A stretch of 64,000 nt of DNA from Candidatus Culexmicrobium cathedralense (lineage in GTDB: Archaea; Thermoproteota; Methanomethylicia; Culexarchaeales; Culexmicrobiaceae). The translations under genes were made by a program, and so were the position numbers. Location: positions 256,001-320,000 of the forward strand of contig JANZKC010000001.1 in the NCBI GenBank assembly GCA_025061115.1. The letters run 5' to 3'. Shown one piece after another: positions 39,801 to 49,367 of this stretch; the first letter of the stretch is position 1, and every line of letters starts with the position of its first letter. The notes below the pieces were generated by a model, which saw only the letters and a list, made by a program, of their open reading frames with translations, was not told where the DNA came from and did no database searches.

Positions 39801-41081
39801 TTACTTCAAAAATTTAATTGAGCACAAATAAACAATCGCCATAAAAGTAAGAAAGCTAACTACCACCACGATTCTAATTAATAGTGAAAAATGAATTGAA
39901 GTTGAAATTCCAACTCCAAGTAGAAATCCAGTTAAAATCCTAATTAAATTACAGCTCTCCCTAATACAAAGCTTCTGAGTAGACCAATCAACTAAAGCTG
40001 GCAGGCCAAGCAATGCAGAAAACAGTATTGACGGAAAGGAAATACCAGAAATGAAAGCTGCAAAGTATCCTAGAAAAGTTCCAGTACATCTAGCACACAA
40101 ATATAATTCCCTCCCCAATAAGCGAAGCCGTATGCATCTATCCCTAAGCCAAGGAGGATGATGCTCCAAGAGCAGCTTAAAATTAAATTTAGCCAATTCA
40201 AAACCCTTTATCTTAGGATATTCCAATATTAATCCAAGAATTATAAGAATTATGCCAGCGCAACATGCAAATAAGCTTAAAAGAGGAATGCCAGCGCAAG
40301 TTATAGCACATAAAAAGCATCCGCAAATCAAAAGCTCAAATCTCCTCTCCCTATGAACAGTTATTGTGTCGCAAGGCTTGCCCTTAAATGGCTTGATCAA
40401 CCTACCATCCGTGGAACTAGGCAACTTATTCAACCCAATTAAGCCAACTTCACTAAGCCTAACGAAGTCATCCTCAATTGGCTGAAGCCTAACTATCGAG
40501 TCCGCTGCAATATAAACATCACCGCTTGATGCGCGCTTAATCCTACCCTCAACCTTCACAATTGAACCTCTCATAAGCGTAACGTCAATTGGCGCATCAA
40601 CTTCAACTAAAATCATTCCACTCGGATCCCTCAAAGTGAAAAGAGCACGCTCAGAACCACTCAACTCACTAAGTAAACTTACATCTAAGCTCTCACCAAC
40701 ATAAGCCGCAACAACCCTACCATAAAGGGAAACTAAGCTTCCAACGGGAACTTTAGTGCACTCAGCAATCATAATCCTCTGATAAGCTCCGGGAACATAC
40801 ACGTATTCAAAGCGCTTTCCAATAATCTTTTCATCAAACTCAACTTCACTAGCAATTTTTTCCGCAGCTTCGGCAGCAGTATATCCTTTCCCAATTAATT
40901 CATCAACTTCAGGAATCTTAATTCCATTTTCAACAGCTAAAACGATAATCGAAGCAGCTGGGCTTAAACCAATTTTATTTAAATGATATTTTAAAACGCC
41001 GACTGGATTATGAGGATACTTCTCCCGGTATAATTCAATTAAACTATTTAATATATCCTCGATATTAACCCCCATAATCAT
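39801..41081 (-). CDS. OB-fold plus DUF2085-like membrane protein
   Basis: FTLRDPSG...VKVEGRI OB signature; LCARCTG, LPALVDWSTQ, RES.N.IRILTG. Confidence 0.72.
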   Translation of the reverse strand: MIMGVNIEDILNSLIELYREKYPHNPVGVLKYHLNKIGLSPAASIIVLAVENGIKIPEVDELIGKGYTAAEAAEKIASEVEFDEKIIGKRFEYVYVPGAYQRIMIAECTKVPVGSLVSLYGRVVAAYVGESLDVSLLSELSGSERALFTLRDPSGMILVEVDAPIDVTLMRGSIVKVEGRIKRASSGDVYIAADSIVRLQPIEDDFVRLSEVGLIGLNKLPSSTDGRLIKPFKGKPCDTITVHRERRFELLICGCFLCAITCAGIPLLSLFACCAGIILIILGLILEYPKIKGFELAKFNFKLLLEHHPPWLRDRCIRLRLLGRELYLCARCTGTFLGYFAAFISGISFPSILFSALLGLPALVDWSTQKLCIRESCNLIRILTGFLLGVGISTSIHFSLLIRIVVVVSFLTFMAIVYLCSIKFLK

Positions 41082-41433
41082 TAAATTAATATGAAAAATA
41101 TTTTAAAAAGCCTTACGATAATTACTCAATTAAATTAAAAATGAACCCTAAATTATAAAAAATATTGTGAAAACAATTTATTAGTCAAATTCACAATAAA
41201 GCAAAATAAAATCTAAAACACAAAATTAATAAAAATGACCGTGAAAATTGAAAACACCGCCCAAGCCGGCGAAGCAAACTTAAATTTAAGCTAGGCGCAA
41301 ACGCTTATTGTTAAGGAGCGAAAATAATCATCATCCAAATAGAAATGGTTAACTGGCATCCAAACGAACTAACATGCCAAGAAGTGTAAAGCTTTAGTGC
41401 TGATCAATCTACAATCATAGTAGGTGGAGATGC

Positions 41434-42294
41434 ATGTTTACTGAATTAGGTGCGCTCCTAGCATACCAGCATATAAGTAAAACATCAATAATGATAGCTA
41501 AAATCAAGCAAGTAATTGCAACTAAAAAGTCCAAATACCAAAGAATCGAAATAGTTGAGCTAGAGGAATTTGGACGAGCACTAATATTGGACGGACTAAT
41601 CCAGAGCACGGAGGCAGACGAAGCTTACTATCATGAAAGCCTAGTACATCCAGCAATGACACTCCACCCAAACCCGAAGAAGGTTCTCATCATTGGAGGT
41701 GGAGAAGGAGCAACGCTAAGAGAAGTATTAAAACACAATACAGTTGAAAAGGCAGTAATGGTAGACATAGATGAAGAAGTAATAGAAATGTGCAGGAAGC
41801 ATCTAGTATCTATGCATCAAGGAGCATTCGACAACCCAAAATCAAAACTCATCATAACAGATGGATTAAAATACATAGAACAGACAAGCGAAAAATACGA
41901 TGTAATAATACTTGACCTGACAGATCCATATGCATCAAAAATAGCAAGTCAACTATATACGGAACAATTCTACAAAAGGATAAGCGCCAAGTTAAAAGGT
42001 GACGGAATAATGGTGACCCAAGCAGGAAACTCGTTCTTCTACCAAGAAGAATACTTCGAAGCCCTCAAATCAATAAAAGCAGTATTTCCAATAGTTAGAG
42101 AATATAACGTCTGGATACCATCATTCGCATATGCATGCAACTTCATCCTAGCATCAAAAAAGCATGACCCAAACAAATTAACGCAAAACGAAGTAAATAT
42201 TAGATTGAAGAAGAGAAGCGTCACCACAAAGTTCTTCAATGGAAAAACTTATATGGCAATGCTTAACATGCCAATATATAAAAATTTTAAATAA
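41434..42294 (+). CDS. speE: Polyamine aminopropyltransferase (spermidine synthase)
   Basis: SKYQ, LDGLIQ, YHESLVHP, IIGGGEG, YDVIILDLTDP. Confidence 0.94.
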   Translation: MFTELGALLAYQHISKTSIMIAKIKQVIATKKSKYQRIEIVELEEFGRALILDGLIQSTEADEAYYHESLVHPAMTLHPNPKKVLIIGGGEGATLREVLKHNTVEKAVMVDIDEEVIEMCRKHLVSMHQGAFDNPKSKLIITDGLKYIEQTSEKYDVIILDLTDPYASKIASQLYTEQFYKRISAKLKGDGIMVTQAGNSFFYQEEYFEALKSIKAVFPIVREYNVWIPSFAYACNFILASKKHDPNKLTQNEVNIRLKKRSVTTKFFNGKTYMAMLNMPIYKNFK

Positions 42295-42417
42295 AATCTA
42301 ATCAACTTTATCCAATAATAAACCTTAACGAAGCTATTAATAATCATACAATTAATTTATTAATAAGTGAATTAAAATAATTTCTTAAATGAAGAATGAA
42401 CTCGCAGAAAGTTAATT

Positions 42418-43404
42418 TTACTTATAAAGATGACATGACACTAATCTTCCGTCAACATCAATTAATTGAGGCCCCTCCTCGCTGCAAATTTTCATGGCAT
42501 GCGGGCATCTCGGGTGAAATCTGCATCCTGACGGCAAGTTAATGGGATTTGGAACTTCACCCTTAATTGGTATTTTACCTCTCTTATATGTTGGATCTGG
42601 AATTGGAACTGCAGCTATCAGAGCTTGAGTATATGGATGAAGTGGCTCTTGAATAACTTTTTCAGTTTCACCTAATTCAACTATTTTCCCCAAATACATT
42701 ATTGCAATTTTTTCACACATGTGCCTTGCCAGCGAAAGGTCATGAGTTATGAACAATATTGCAGTTTCATATCTTTCACGCTCTCTAAGCATTATCTTTA
42801 AAATTTCACTTCTAATTGAAACATCTAACATTGACACCGGTTCATCTGCAACTATGAATTTTGGCTTCAGAATAAAAGCACGTGCAATTGCAACTCTCTG
42901 CCTCTGTCCACCACTTAATTCATGAGGATATCTATAGAAGAACTCGCTTGGCGGAGTTAATTCTACTTCTTCAAGAGCATTATGCACTAATTCTTCCTCT
43001 TCGGAGGGATCCTCAACTATTCTTTGAACCCTCAACGGCTCAGCCAAAATATCATAAATAGTCATTCTGGGATTTAGCGATTCATATGGATCTTGAAATA
43101 TTATCTGTATGTATCTTCTTAATGGTTTAAGTTCCCTTGAACTTAAACTAGTAATGTCTTTTCTTTCAAAAAATATTTTACCGCCAGTTGGTTCAATCAA
43201 TCGCAATATGCACCTACCAGTAGTGGTCTTTCCACATCCAGACTCGCCTGCAAGGCCAAATATTTCCTTGGGACATATTTCGAATGATACTCCATCAACA
43301 GCTTTAACGTATAATTTCTTCCTACTTAAAAGAGTGTCAAGTAGTCCCCGCCTGATCGGAAACCACTTCTTTAAATCAACTACCTTTACTAATGGTTCAG
43401 CCAT
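42418..43404 (-). CDS. oppF: Oligopeptide ABC ATPase (OppF/DppF)
   Basis: [28 protein letters not shown]. Confidence 0.92.
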   Translation of the reverse strand: MAEPLVKVVDLKKWFPIRRGLLDTLLSRKKLYVKAVDGVSFEICPKEIFGLAGESGCGKTTTGRCILRLIEPTGGKIFFERKDITSLSSRELKPLRRYIQIIFQDPYESLNPRMTIYDILAEPLRVQRIVEDPSEEEELVHNALEEVELTPPSEFFYRYPHELSGGQRQRVAIARAFILKPKFIVADEPVSMLDVSIRSEILKIMLRERERYETAILFITHDLSLARHMCEKIAIMYLGKIVELGETEKVIQEPLHPYTQALIAAVPIPDPTYKRGKIPIKGEVPNPINLPSGCRFHPRCPHAMKICSEEGPQLIDVDGRLVSCHLYK

Positions 43405-43408
43405 ACAA

Positions 43409-44365
43409 TCACCTTACCAAGTGGCAAGCAATTAAATGCTTATTTCCAATATCAATTAACTCGGGCTCCTCAACTTTACATTTATCAGTTGCATATTTGC
43501 ATCTTGGGTAAAAGCGGCATCCTAATGGCGGATTCAGCAGGTTTGGAGGCGACCCGGGAATTGAAATGAACGGCTTTTTAGGGCCCTTAAGACTTGGAAA
43601 AGCACCAATTAGCCCCTTAGTATAAGGGTGTTTTGGGTCTTTGAATATCGTATATACATCTGCGTATTCGACTATTTTCCCAGCATACATTATTGCTACT
43701 TTATTGCACATTTCAGCTATAATTGACAAATCATGGGTTATGAGTATCATTGATAACCCAAGTTTCTCCTTGAGGCTCTTCATGACATCCAGTACTTGAG
43801 CTTGAACAATTACATCCAATGCCGTGGCCGGCTCATCTGCTATAAGCAGTTTAGGATTACAAGCTAATGCCATCGCGATCATAGCTCTCTGCTTCATTCC
43901 GCCGCTGAATTCATGAGGATAATCATCAGCCCTAGAAGGATCAATGCCAACTAATTGCAGTAACTTTCTCGCCCTCTCCCATGCCTCTTTCTTATCGACA
44001 TCCGATTCATGAGCTAAAATTGCCTCTGCAATTTGATCCCCAATCTTCATCACAGGATTCAAGGCGTTCATTGCACCTTGAAATATCATTGCAATTTTCT
44101 TCTATCTAATTTTTCTAATATCTTCATCACTCAATTTTTCAATATTCATTCCCTCGAAAACAATTTCACCATCAACAATTCTGCCCGGAGGGGGGATCAG
44201 CCTAATTATTGATAAAGCAGTAGTCGTTTTCCCACAACCAGATTCACCTGCTAAACCGAGAACCTCACCTACATCAACGTCAAAGCTTACACCGTCAACA
44301 GCCTTAACGGCTCCTCTTAACGTGAAGTAATAGGTTTTCAGGTTTTTTACTTCCAATAATGGCAT
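43409..44365 (-). pseudogene. oppD: Oligopeptide ABC ATPase OppD/DppD with one in-frame TAG at 44102-44104
   Basis: The two ORF-track pieces are in frame: ...[21 protein letters not shown]... Confidence 0.9.
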
Positions 44366-44397
44366 TTCAATACCCCCAACAATTCAATCACTTCATG

Positions 44398-45339
44398 CTA
44401 GCGCCTCAATCTTAATCTTGGATTTAAAATTTCATCCAAAGCATGACCTATGAATATGAAGGATAGAACTACAAGCAAGATACATAATCCCGGAGGAATA
44501 ACGTACCACCAAGCTAGCTTTATCAACGCTTGATATTGATCTGCGAAGAATAGCATCATCCCCCAACTTATGTAATTTGGATCTCCCAAACCAAGGAAAC
44601 TTAATCCAGCTTCAATTAATATGGCGTTAGCTATGTTTATTGCAGTATTGACGTAAATTAATGGAGAAACGTTCGGCAATATATGACTGAAAATTATGTA
44701 GCCATCACCACAATCCACAGCCCTAGCCACTTCAACAAACTTCATCTCTTTAACGGATGGCACTTGCGATCTAATTATCCTGGCTATAGGTGGCCAGCTA
44801 GTTATGCCTATAACTGTGATTAAGTTCATAATGCTTGAACCTAGAATTGCTGCCAACACTATCATTAATGGCAGGCCGGGAATTATTAGCAGAATATCAG
44901 TGGTCCTCATAAGAACCTCATCAATTATTCCCCCATAATACCCCGATATTAAACCTATAATTGTTCCAATAAATATTGAGATAAACGCAGCTGAAAAGCC
45001 TATGAGAAGTGAAACCCTAGTTCCATAAATTATTTGACTAAACAAATCCCTACCCAATTCATCGGTTCCAAGCAGGCCAAAAACACTATCGTCTGAAACT
45101 GATTTATCGAAAAGCTTAATCCATGATGGTGGTGAAAATGGCTTAGCTACTCCAATTGACCTTATATCTGTAGGATTGTATGGAGCTATGTAGGGAGCAA
45201 AAATCGCTATTATGATGAAAAACGATATTAATGAGAAACCTATAACTCCAAACCTATTTCTAAAAAACATTTTGAAAAATTCTTTAAGGCCCCTAGCATA
45301 CCTATGCTTAATTCTTCTAAATCTTTTCTCGATAGACAT
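44398..45339 (-). CDS. oppC: Oligopeptide ABC permease OppC/DppC
   Basis: LGTDELGRD, ARIIRSQ, LSFLGLGDP..SWG, NPRLR. Confidence 0.92.
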   Translation of the reverse strand: MSIEKRFRRIKHRYARGLKEFFKMFFRNRFGVIGFSLISFFIIIAIFAPYIAPYNPTDIRSIGVAKPFSPPSWIKLFDKSVSDDSVFGLLGTDELGRDLFSQIIYGTRVSLLIGFSAAFISIFIGTIIGLISGYYGGIIDEVLMRTTDILLIIPGLPLMIVLAAILGSSIMNLITVIGITSWPPIARIIRSQVPSVKEMKFVEVARAVDCGDGYIIFSHILPNVSPLIYVNTAINIANAILIEAGLSFLGLGDPNYISWGMMLFFADQYQALIKLAWWYVIPPGLCILLVVLSFIFIGHALDEILNPRLRLRR

Positions 45340-45356
45340 CTTAACTACCCCTTATA

Positions 45357-45512
45357 TCAAGCATATTTAATTCTCGGATCTAAAAAGCCGTACAGCAAAT
45401 CTGCAATGTAATTAGCTATTATAACTGAAATAGAAATAATTACGAAAGCTCCCTGCAGCACTGGATAGTCACGCATCATCATGGCATCAAATATTAATCT
45501 GCCAACAACCAT
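45357..45512 (-). pseudogene. oppB: C-terminal fragment of OppB/DppB permease
   Basis: Manual translation VGRLIFDA...RDYPVLQG...ADLLYGFLDPRIKYA*; upstream part missing. Confidence 0.88.
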
Positions 45513-45662
45513 TCATCCGCATCATTCTCCTACAAGGCCTAGGGCACGACTCCCATCACGCATAGGAGTTTAAGTAAATTTCAACAAGTAATAGGAGATT
45601 TCCCAGTATATTTTAAACAATGATAACTCATATGGCTATGCAAATCGCTTATTAGGTTCTTT

Positions 45663-45697
45663 ATAGAGGGAAATATTTTTAAATTTTTTCCCTCTAT
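45663..45697. promoter_or_regulatory. 11-bp perfect inverted repeat bracketing a TATA-like box
   Basis: ATAGAGGGAAA-N13-TTTCCCTCTAT, 8 nt before the ATG at 45706. Confidence 0.6.
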
Positions 45698-45705
45698 GCT
45701 ATACT

Positions 45706-47001
45706 ATGATTAGTAGAGACACATTAATAAGATTGATAAAGGACTTTAATGAAAACCCATATCCAAGCGATTTAAAGGAGAGGTCACTAGGTATTCCGCT
45801 AGAAATTCCTTTAAGAAGAGCTATTTCAATAATAGGTCCTAGAAGAAGCGGAAAAACATACATGATGTTTCTTTTGATAAGAAGGCTCATTGAGAAAGGA
45901 GTAAAACCAAATAGAATTTTGTATGTTAATTTCGAGTCGTATAATTTGATAGGCGCAAAATTAAGTGACGCAAAAAGGCTTGTGGACGTATACTTTGAAA
46001 TTTATCCCGAGAATAGAAATAGGAAGGTATGGTTCTTCTTAGATGAAATACAAAACCTTGAGGATTGGGAAACATTCGTTAGAAGCTTAATCGATAAGGG
46101 AGGCATTTCAATTTATATTTCAGGCTCATCCTCCAAGCTTTTAAGTAGGGAAATCGCAACGCAATTAAGAGGAAGAACTATAAGCTATGAAATCTATCCC
46201 CTAAGTTTTAATGAATTTTTGGATTTTAAGGAAATTAAATTTGATAAATTCTTATCATCACGAGATAGGTCCAGAATAATTAATGCATTGAATGAATATT
46301 TAGAGTGGGGAGGTTACCCTGAAACTCTCCTATTTGATAAGGAGAAAATTCTAAGGGAAATACTGGAGGTCACCATCCAGCGAGATTTAATTGAAAGATA
46401 CAAGATTAGAAATGAAAAAATCTTAAAAATATTAATTAGGGCACTTGCCTACTCAAAGGAATTTTCAGTACACAAATTCTACAATTTCCTTAAATCAAGT
46501 GGATATAGAATTAGCAAAAACACCCTCTACAATTACATGGAAATGCTAAGCGATATACTCGTAATATTCCCAGTAAGAAAATTCTCCTCATCATATAAAA
46601 AAGAGGAAAGGTCAATACCGAAAATATATTTCGTCGATAATGGATTACTTAGAATTCAAGGCGTTGATAGTAGAAGCAAATTAATGGAAAACCTAGTTTT
46701 CATGCACCTACTGAGAGATTTTGGACGAAACAAAATATCTTATTATAAAACTATCAATGGACAAGAAGTTGACTTCGTAATTAGAGAAAACAGTAGAGTG
46801 AAACAATTAATACAAGTATGCTACGAAATTGAAGATTTTAATGTTAAGGAAAGAGAAGTAAAATCATTGCTAAGGGCAAGCAGAGATCTATCATGCAACA
46901 ACTTACTCATAATCACATACGACTACGAAGACGTCGAGAGAATTGGAAATCGAAAAATAATATTTAAACCTCTATGGAAATGGTTGCTAAAAATAAATTA
47001 A
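45706..47001 (+). CDS. AAA+ ATPase with DUF4143-type C-terminal PD-(D/E)XK-like domain
   Basis: GPRRSGKT, FLDEIQ, GSSS, LRGR, GGYP, KIYFVDNG, EVDFV, IQVC. Confidence 0.9.
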   Translation: MISRDTLIRLIKDFNENPYPSDLKERSLGIPLEIPLRRAISIIGPRRSGKTYMMFLLIRRLIEKGVKPNRILYVNFESYNLIGAKLSDAKRLVDVYFEIYPENRNRKVWFFLDEIQNLEDWETFVRSLIDKGGISIYISGSSSKLLSREIATQLRGRTISYEIYPLSFNEFLDFKEIKFDKFLSSRDRSRIINALNEYLEWGGYPETLLFDKEKILREILEVTIQRDLIERYKIRNEKILKILIRALAYSKEFSVHKFYNFLKSSGYRISKNTLYNYMEMLSDILVIFPVRKFSSSYKKEERSIPKIYFVDNGLLRIQGVDSRSKLMENLVFMHLLRDFGRNKISYYKTINGQEVDFVIRENSRVKQLIQVCYEIEDFNVKEREVKSLLRASRDLSCNNLLIITYDYEDVERIGNRKIIFKPLWKWLLKIN

Positions 47002-47031
47002 AAAGCTTTACAGAACTATTATTTCTTCCTC

Positions 47032-48173
47032 CTTTCAATTCTCTTTTAATGAGATTCTTAGCTCCTTCGCTGATGGTGACGGAACGGACGCTACATGCTT
47101 TCAATTCTCTTTTAATGAGATTCGTAGAGTTACAGAGGAGAATCGTAAGACTCAGCAACCCTAACTTTCAATTCTCTTTTAATGAGATTCGGAAGTAAAG
47201 TTTATAAGTAAATGAGTAGTAGTAGAGGTCTTTCAATTCTCTTTTAATGAGATTCTTCAGAATTGCTAGAGTAGCTATAGCTATTCCCTTTAGCTTTCAA
47301 TTCTCTTTTAATGAGATTCTTCAGATATTTCTTGAGTGTATTGTTTGCAGACTCAACGTACTTTCAATTCTCTTTTAATGAGATTCAAGCTTCAGATGGA
47401 GAATGTACATTGTGAGCAAATTGTTCTTTCAATTCTCTTTTAATGAGATTCTTGCAAAAGAAATGTTTCCTGACAAATATGAAGATATAAGCTTTCAATT
47501 CTCTTTTAATGAGATTCTCAGTTACGAATTCAGTTGGCAGGATTTGATTCTCAACTCTTTCAATTCTCTTTTAATGAGATTCGAAAGTCTAGTCTTAAGG
47601 ATTAAGTCTGAGAACTCAGCTTTACTTTCAATTCTCTTTTAATGAGATTCTGATAGAACATTAAAAAACGTTATTACTGATGGTGGCATCTTTCAATTCT
47701 CTTTTAATGAGATTCATACTTTTTTAGAAGTGAGTTAGCACTCTCAACGTACTTTCAATTCTCTTTTAATGAGATTCAGCACTCTCTAGGTCTAAGCTGT
47801 CTTGACTCTATTCGAGCTTTCAATTCTCTTTTAATGAGATTCAGGCCAAGTTGGTTGTCGAATCCTCGAGTGTGAGATCCTCTCCTTTCAATTCTCTTTT
47901 AATGAGATTCTCTGATACTTCGGTCTTTTTCGCCGATATCGTTTGTCCAACTTTCAATTCTCTTTTAATGAGATTCTGTTTGATTCTGGCATAGGGCTAG
48001 AAGCTATATCATTAGCTTTCAATTCTCTTTTAATGAGATTCAAAAACCTCGACAAAGTCTTCAGAAACGCCCACATAGTAGGACTTTCAATTCTCTTTTA
48101 ATGAGATTCTGGTATGAGCTTTTCTAGCATCTCTAGATTCATTCCTACTTTCAATTCTCTTTTAATGAGATTC
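47032..48173 (-). CRISPR. CRISPR array 2: 18 identical 26-nt repeats, 17 spacers
   Basis: Same repeat as array 1; spacers about 36-42 nt; leader on the right, toward cas6. Confidence 0.98.
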
Positions 48174-48321
48174 CGAAAGTTTTTATTTTGTGTATTTAAA
48201 GTGGTTCTTCATTTGATTATGTTTCATTTTTCTGCTATATAGTTTGTCATCATTTATCATCGCAGAAGGTTGATGGGCTGATGGAATTGATGATAATTTT
48301 TCTGCAATGGTGCCATAAGGT
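48174..48321 (-). promoter_or_regulatory. CRISPR leader 2
   Basis: Shares GTATTTAA, TCTGCTATATAG, TTTATCATyGCAGA, TGGGCTGATGG, TTTTCTGCrATGGTGCC with leader 1 at the same offsets. Confidence 0.87.
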
Positions 48322-48343
48322 TACAATTCTATAAGATGTTCTT

Positions 48344-48373
48344 TAATGACAACAGACATGTTTTATGTCATTA
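48344..48373. promoter_or_regulatory. 30-bp imperfect palindrome between cas6 and leader 2
   Basis: TAATGACA-acag-ACATGT-ttta-TGTCATTA. Confidence 0.5.
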
Positions 48374-48504
48374 CTGCTAAAATCACGAAATATAAACTGA
48401 TCTGCTTTTAAGCGACGCATTATAAAGTTATGTGGGACTTCTAACCTGTTAGTTTTAATTAATAGCATGTTTATTGCTAATTGATTTTTCACTTGCTTCA
48501 CGCT

Positions 48505-49365
48505 TCAAATTTTTGGCTGATATTTTATTACTCCAAAACCAGCAGTTCTATTTGCGCCTACATTACTATATTCCCCAAATCTCAGAAGTGCATCTGTTGT
48601 TTTTGCCAGTTCTTTATTATAAGTGTCTTCTGGAAGATTGAAGTATACTTTACCTATGAAGCCAACGCTCCACTTTGGAATTGTTGGATGCTCATAGATT
48701 CGAATTGTTTTGAGTTTAGGGATTCCTGCGATTGCAATTCCTCCTAGTAGAAGCCACTCAACGTATTCTTTAAATTTTAAATTAACTCCTGTAAATGCTT
48801 TCCATAGTCTTAGTAGATTTCTTAACATCAAATATGGATCGGGCATTGGCACGTACCTGTAATGCTTCGCCTTACTAATATGCGGACAAGTTGTTTTTGG
48901 AATTGGACAGTATGGACAACATGCTCTGATGAAACTCTGTCTAAAAAGTGTTGGAGTTTTAAATATTATTGAGAATTTTGTTATCGGCTCTGCATTTTTT
49001 ACAAGTTTTTTAGTATCGATACACACTATTGAAACTTCTAAAGGTTGAAGCTTTAATACATCTAAATTTAAGATAGAACCAAGTGGCAATTTTAGGATAT
49101 AATTTGATAGTTTTTGACTTAATTTTTCATCTAAGATAGTTATTTTCATGTATGCGGTATGGGATGTTTTTCTCTCTTTATATATAGGAGTTACAGCTAT
49201 TGGAGCTAACTTTTTGGCTTCGTGCAACTTTGTCGCTAGGTCTTCATCAACTTCCCTTAAGATCTTATAAATTAGTCCACGTATTTTAAATCCAGTAAAT
49301 GTTTTTTGCTTTTTTACTTCATTTATTATTGCGGACTTGATTGTTAATTGAGTTATTAGGCCCAT
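48505..49365 (-). CDS. cas6: Cas6 crRNA endoribonuclease
   Basis: FKTPT, GFIGKV, G-rich loop GEYSNVGANRTAGFG. Confidence 0.94.
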   Translation of the reverse strand: MGLITQLTIKSAIINEVKKQKTFTGFKIRGLIYKILREVDEDLATKLHEAKKLAPIAVTPIYKERKTSHTAYMKITILDEKLSQKLSNYILKLPLGSILNLDVLKLQPLEVSIVCIDTKKLVKNAEPITKFSIIFKTPTLFRQSFIRACCPYCPIPKTTCPHISKAKHYRYVPMPDPYLMLRNLLRLWKAFTGVNLKFKEYVEWLLLGGIAIAGIPKLKTIRIYEHPTIPKWSVGFIGKVYFNLPEDTYNKELAKTTDALLRFGEYSNVGANRTAGFGVIKYQPKI

Positions 49366-49367
49366 TG

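Noticed and set aside
46964-47642. Short ORFs over array 2
   Set aside because: They are translations of repeats and spacers.
48757-48765. CTCAACGTA in cas6 matching the ends of two spacers (self-targeting?)
   Set aside because: Only 9-10 nt; expected by chance in 64 kb. No full spacer match was noticed in the window.
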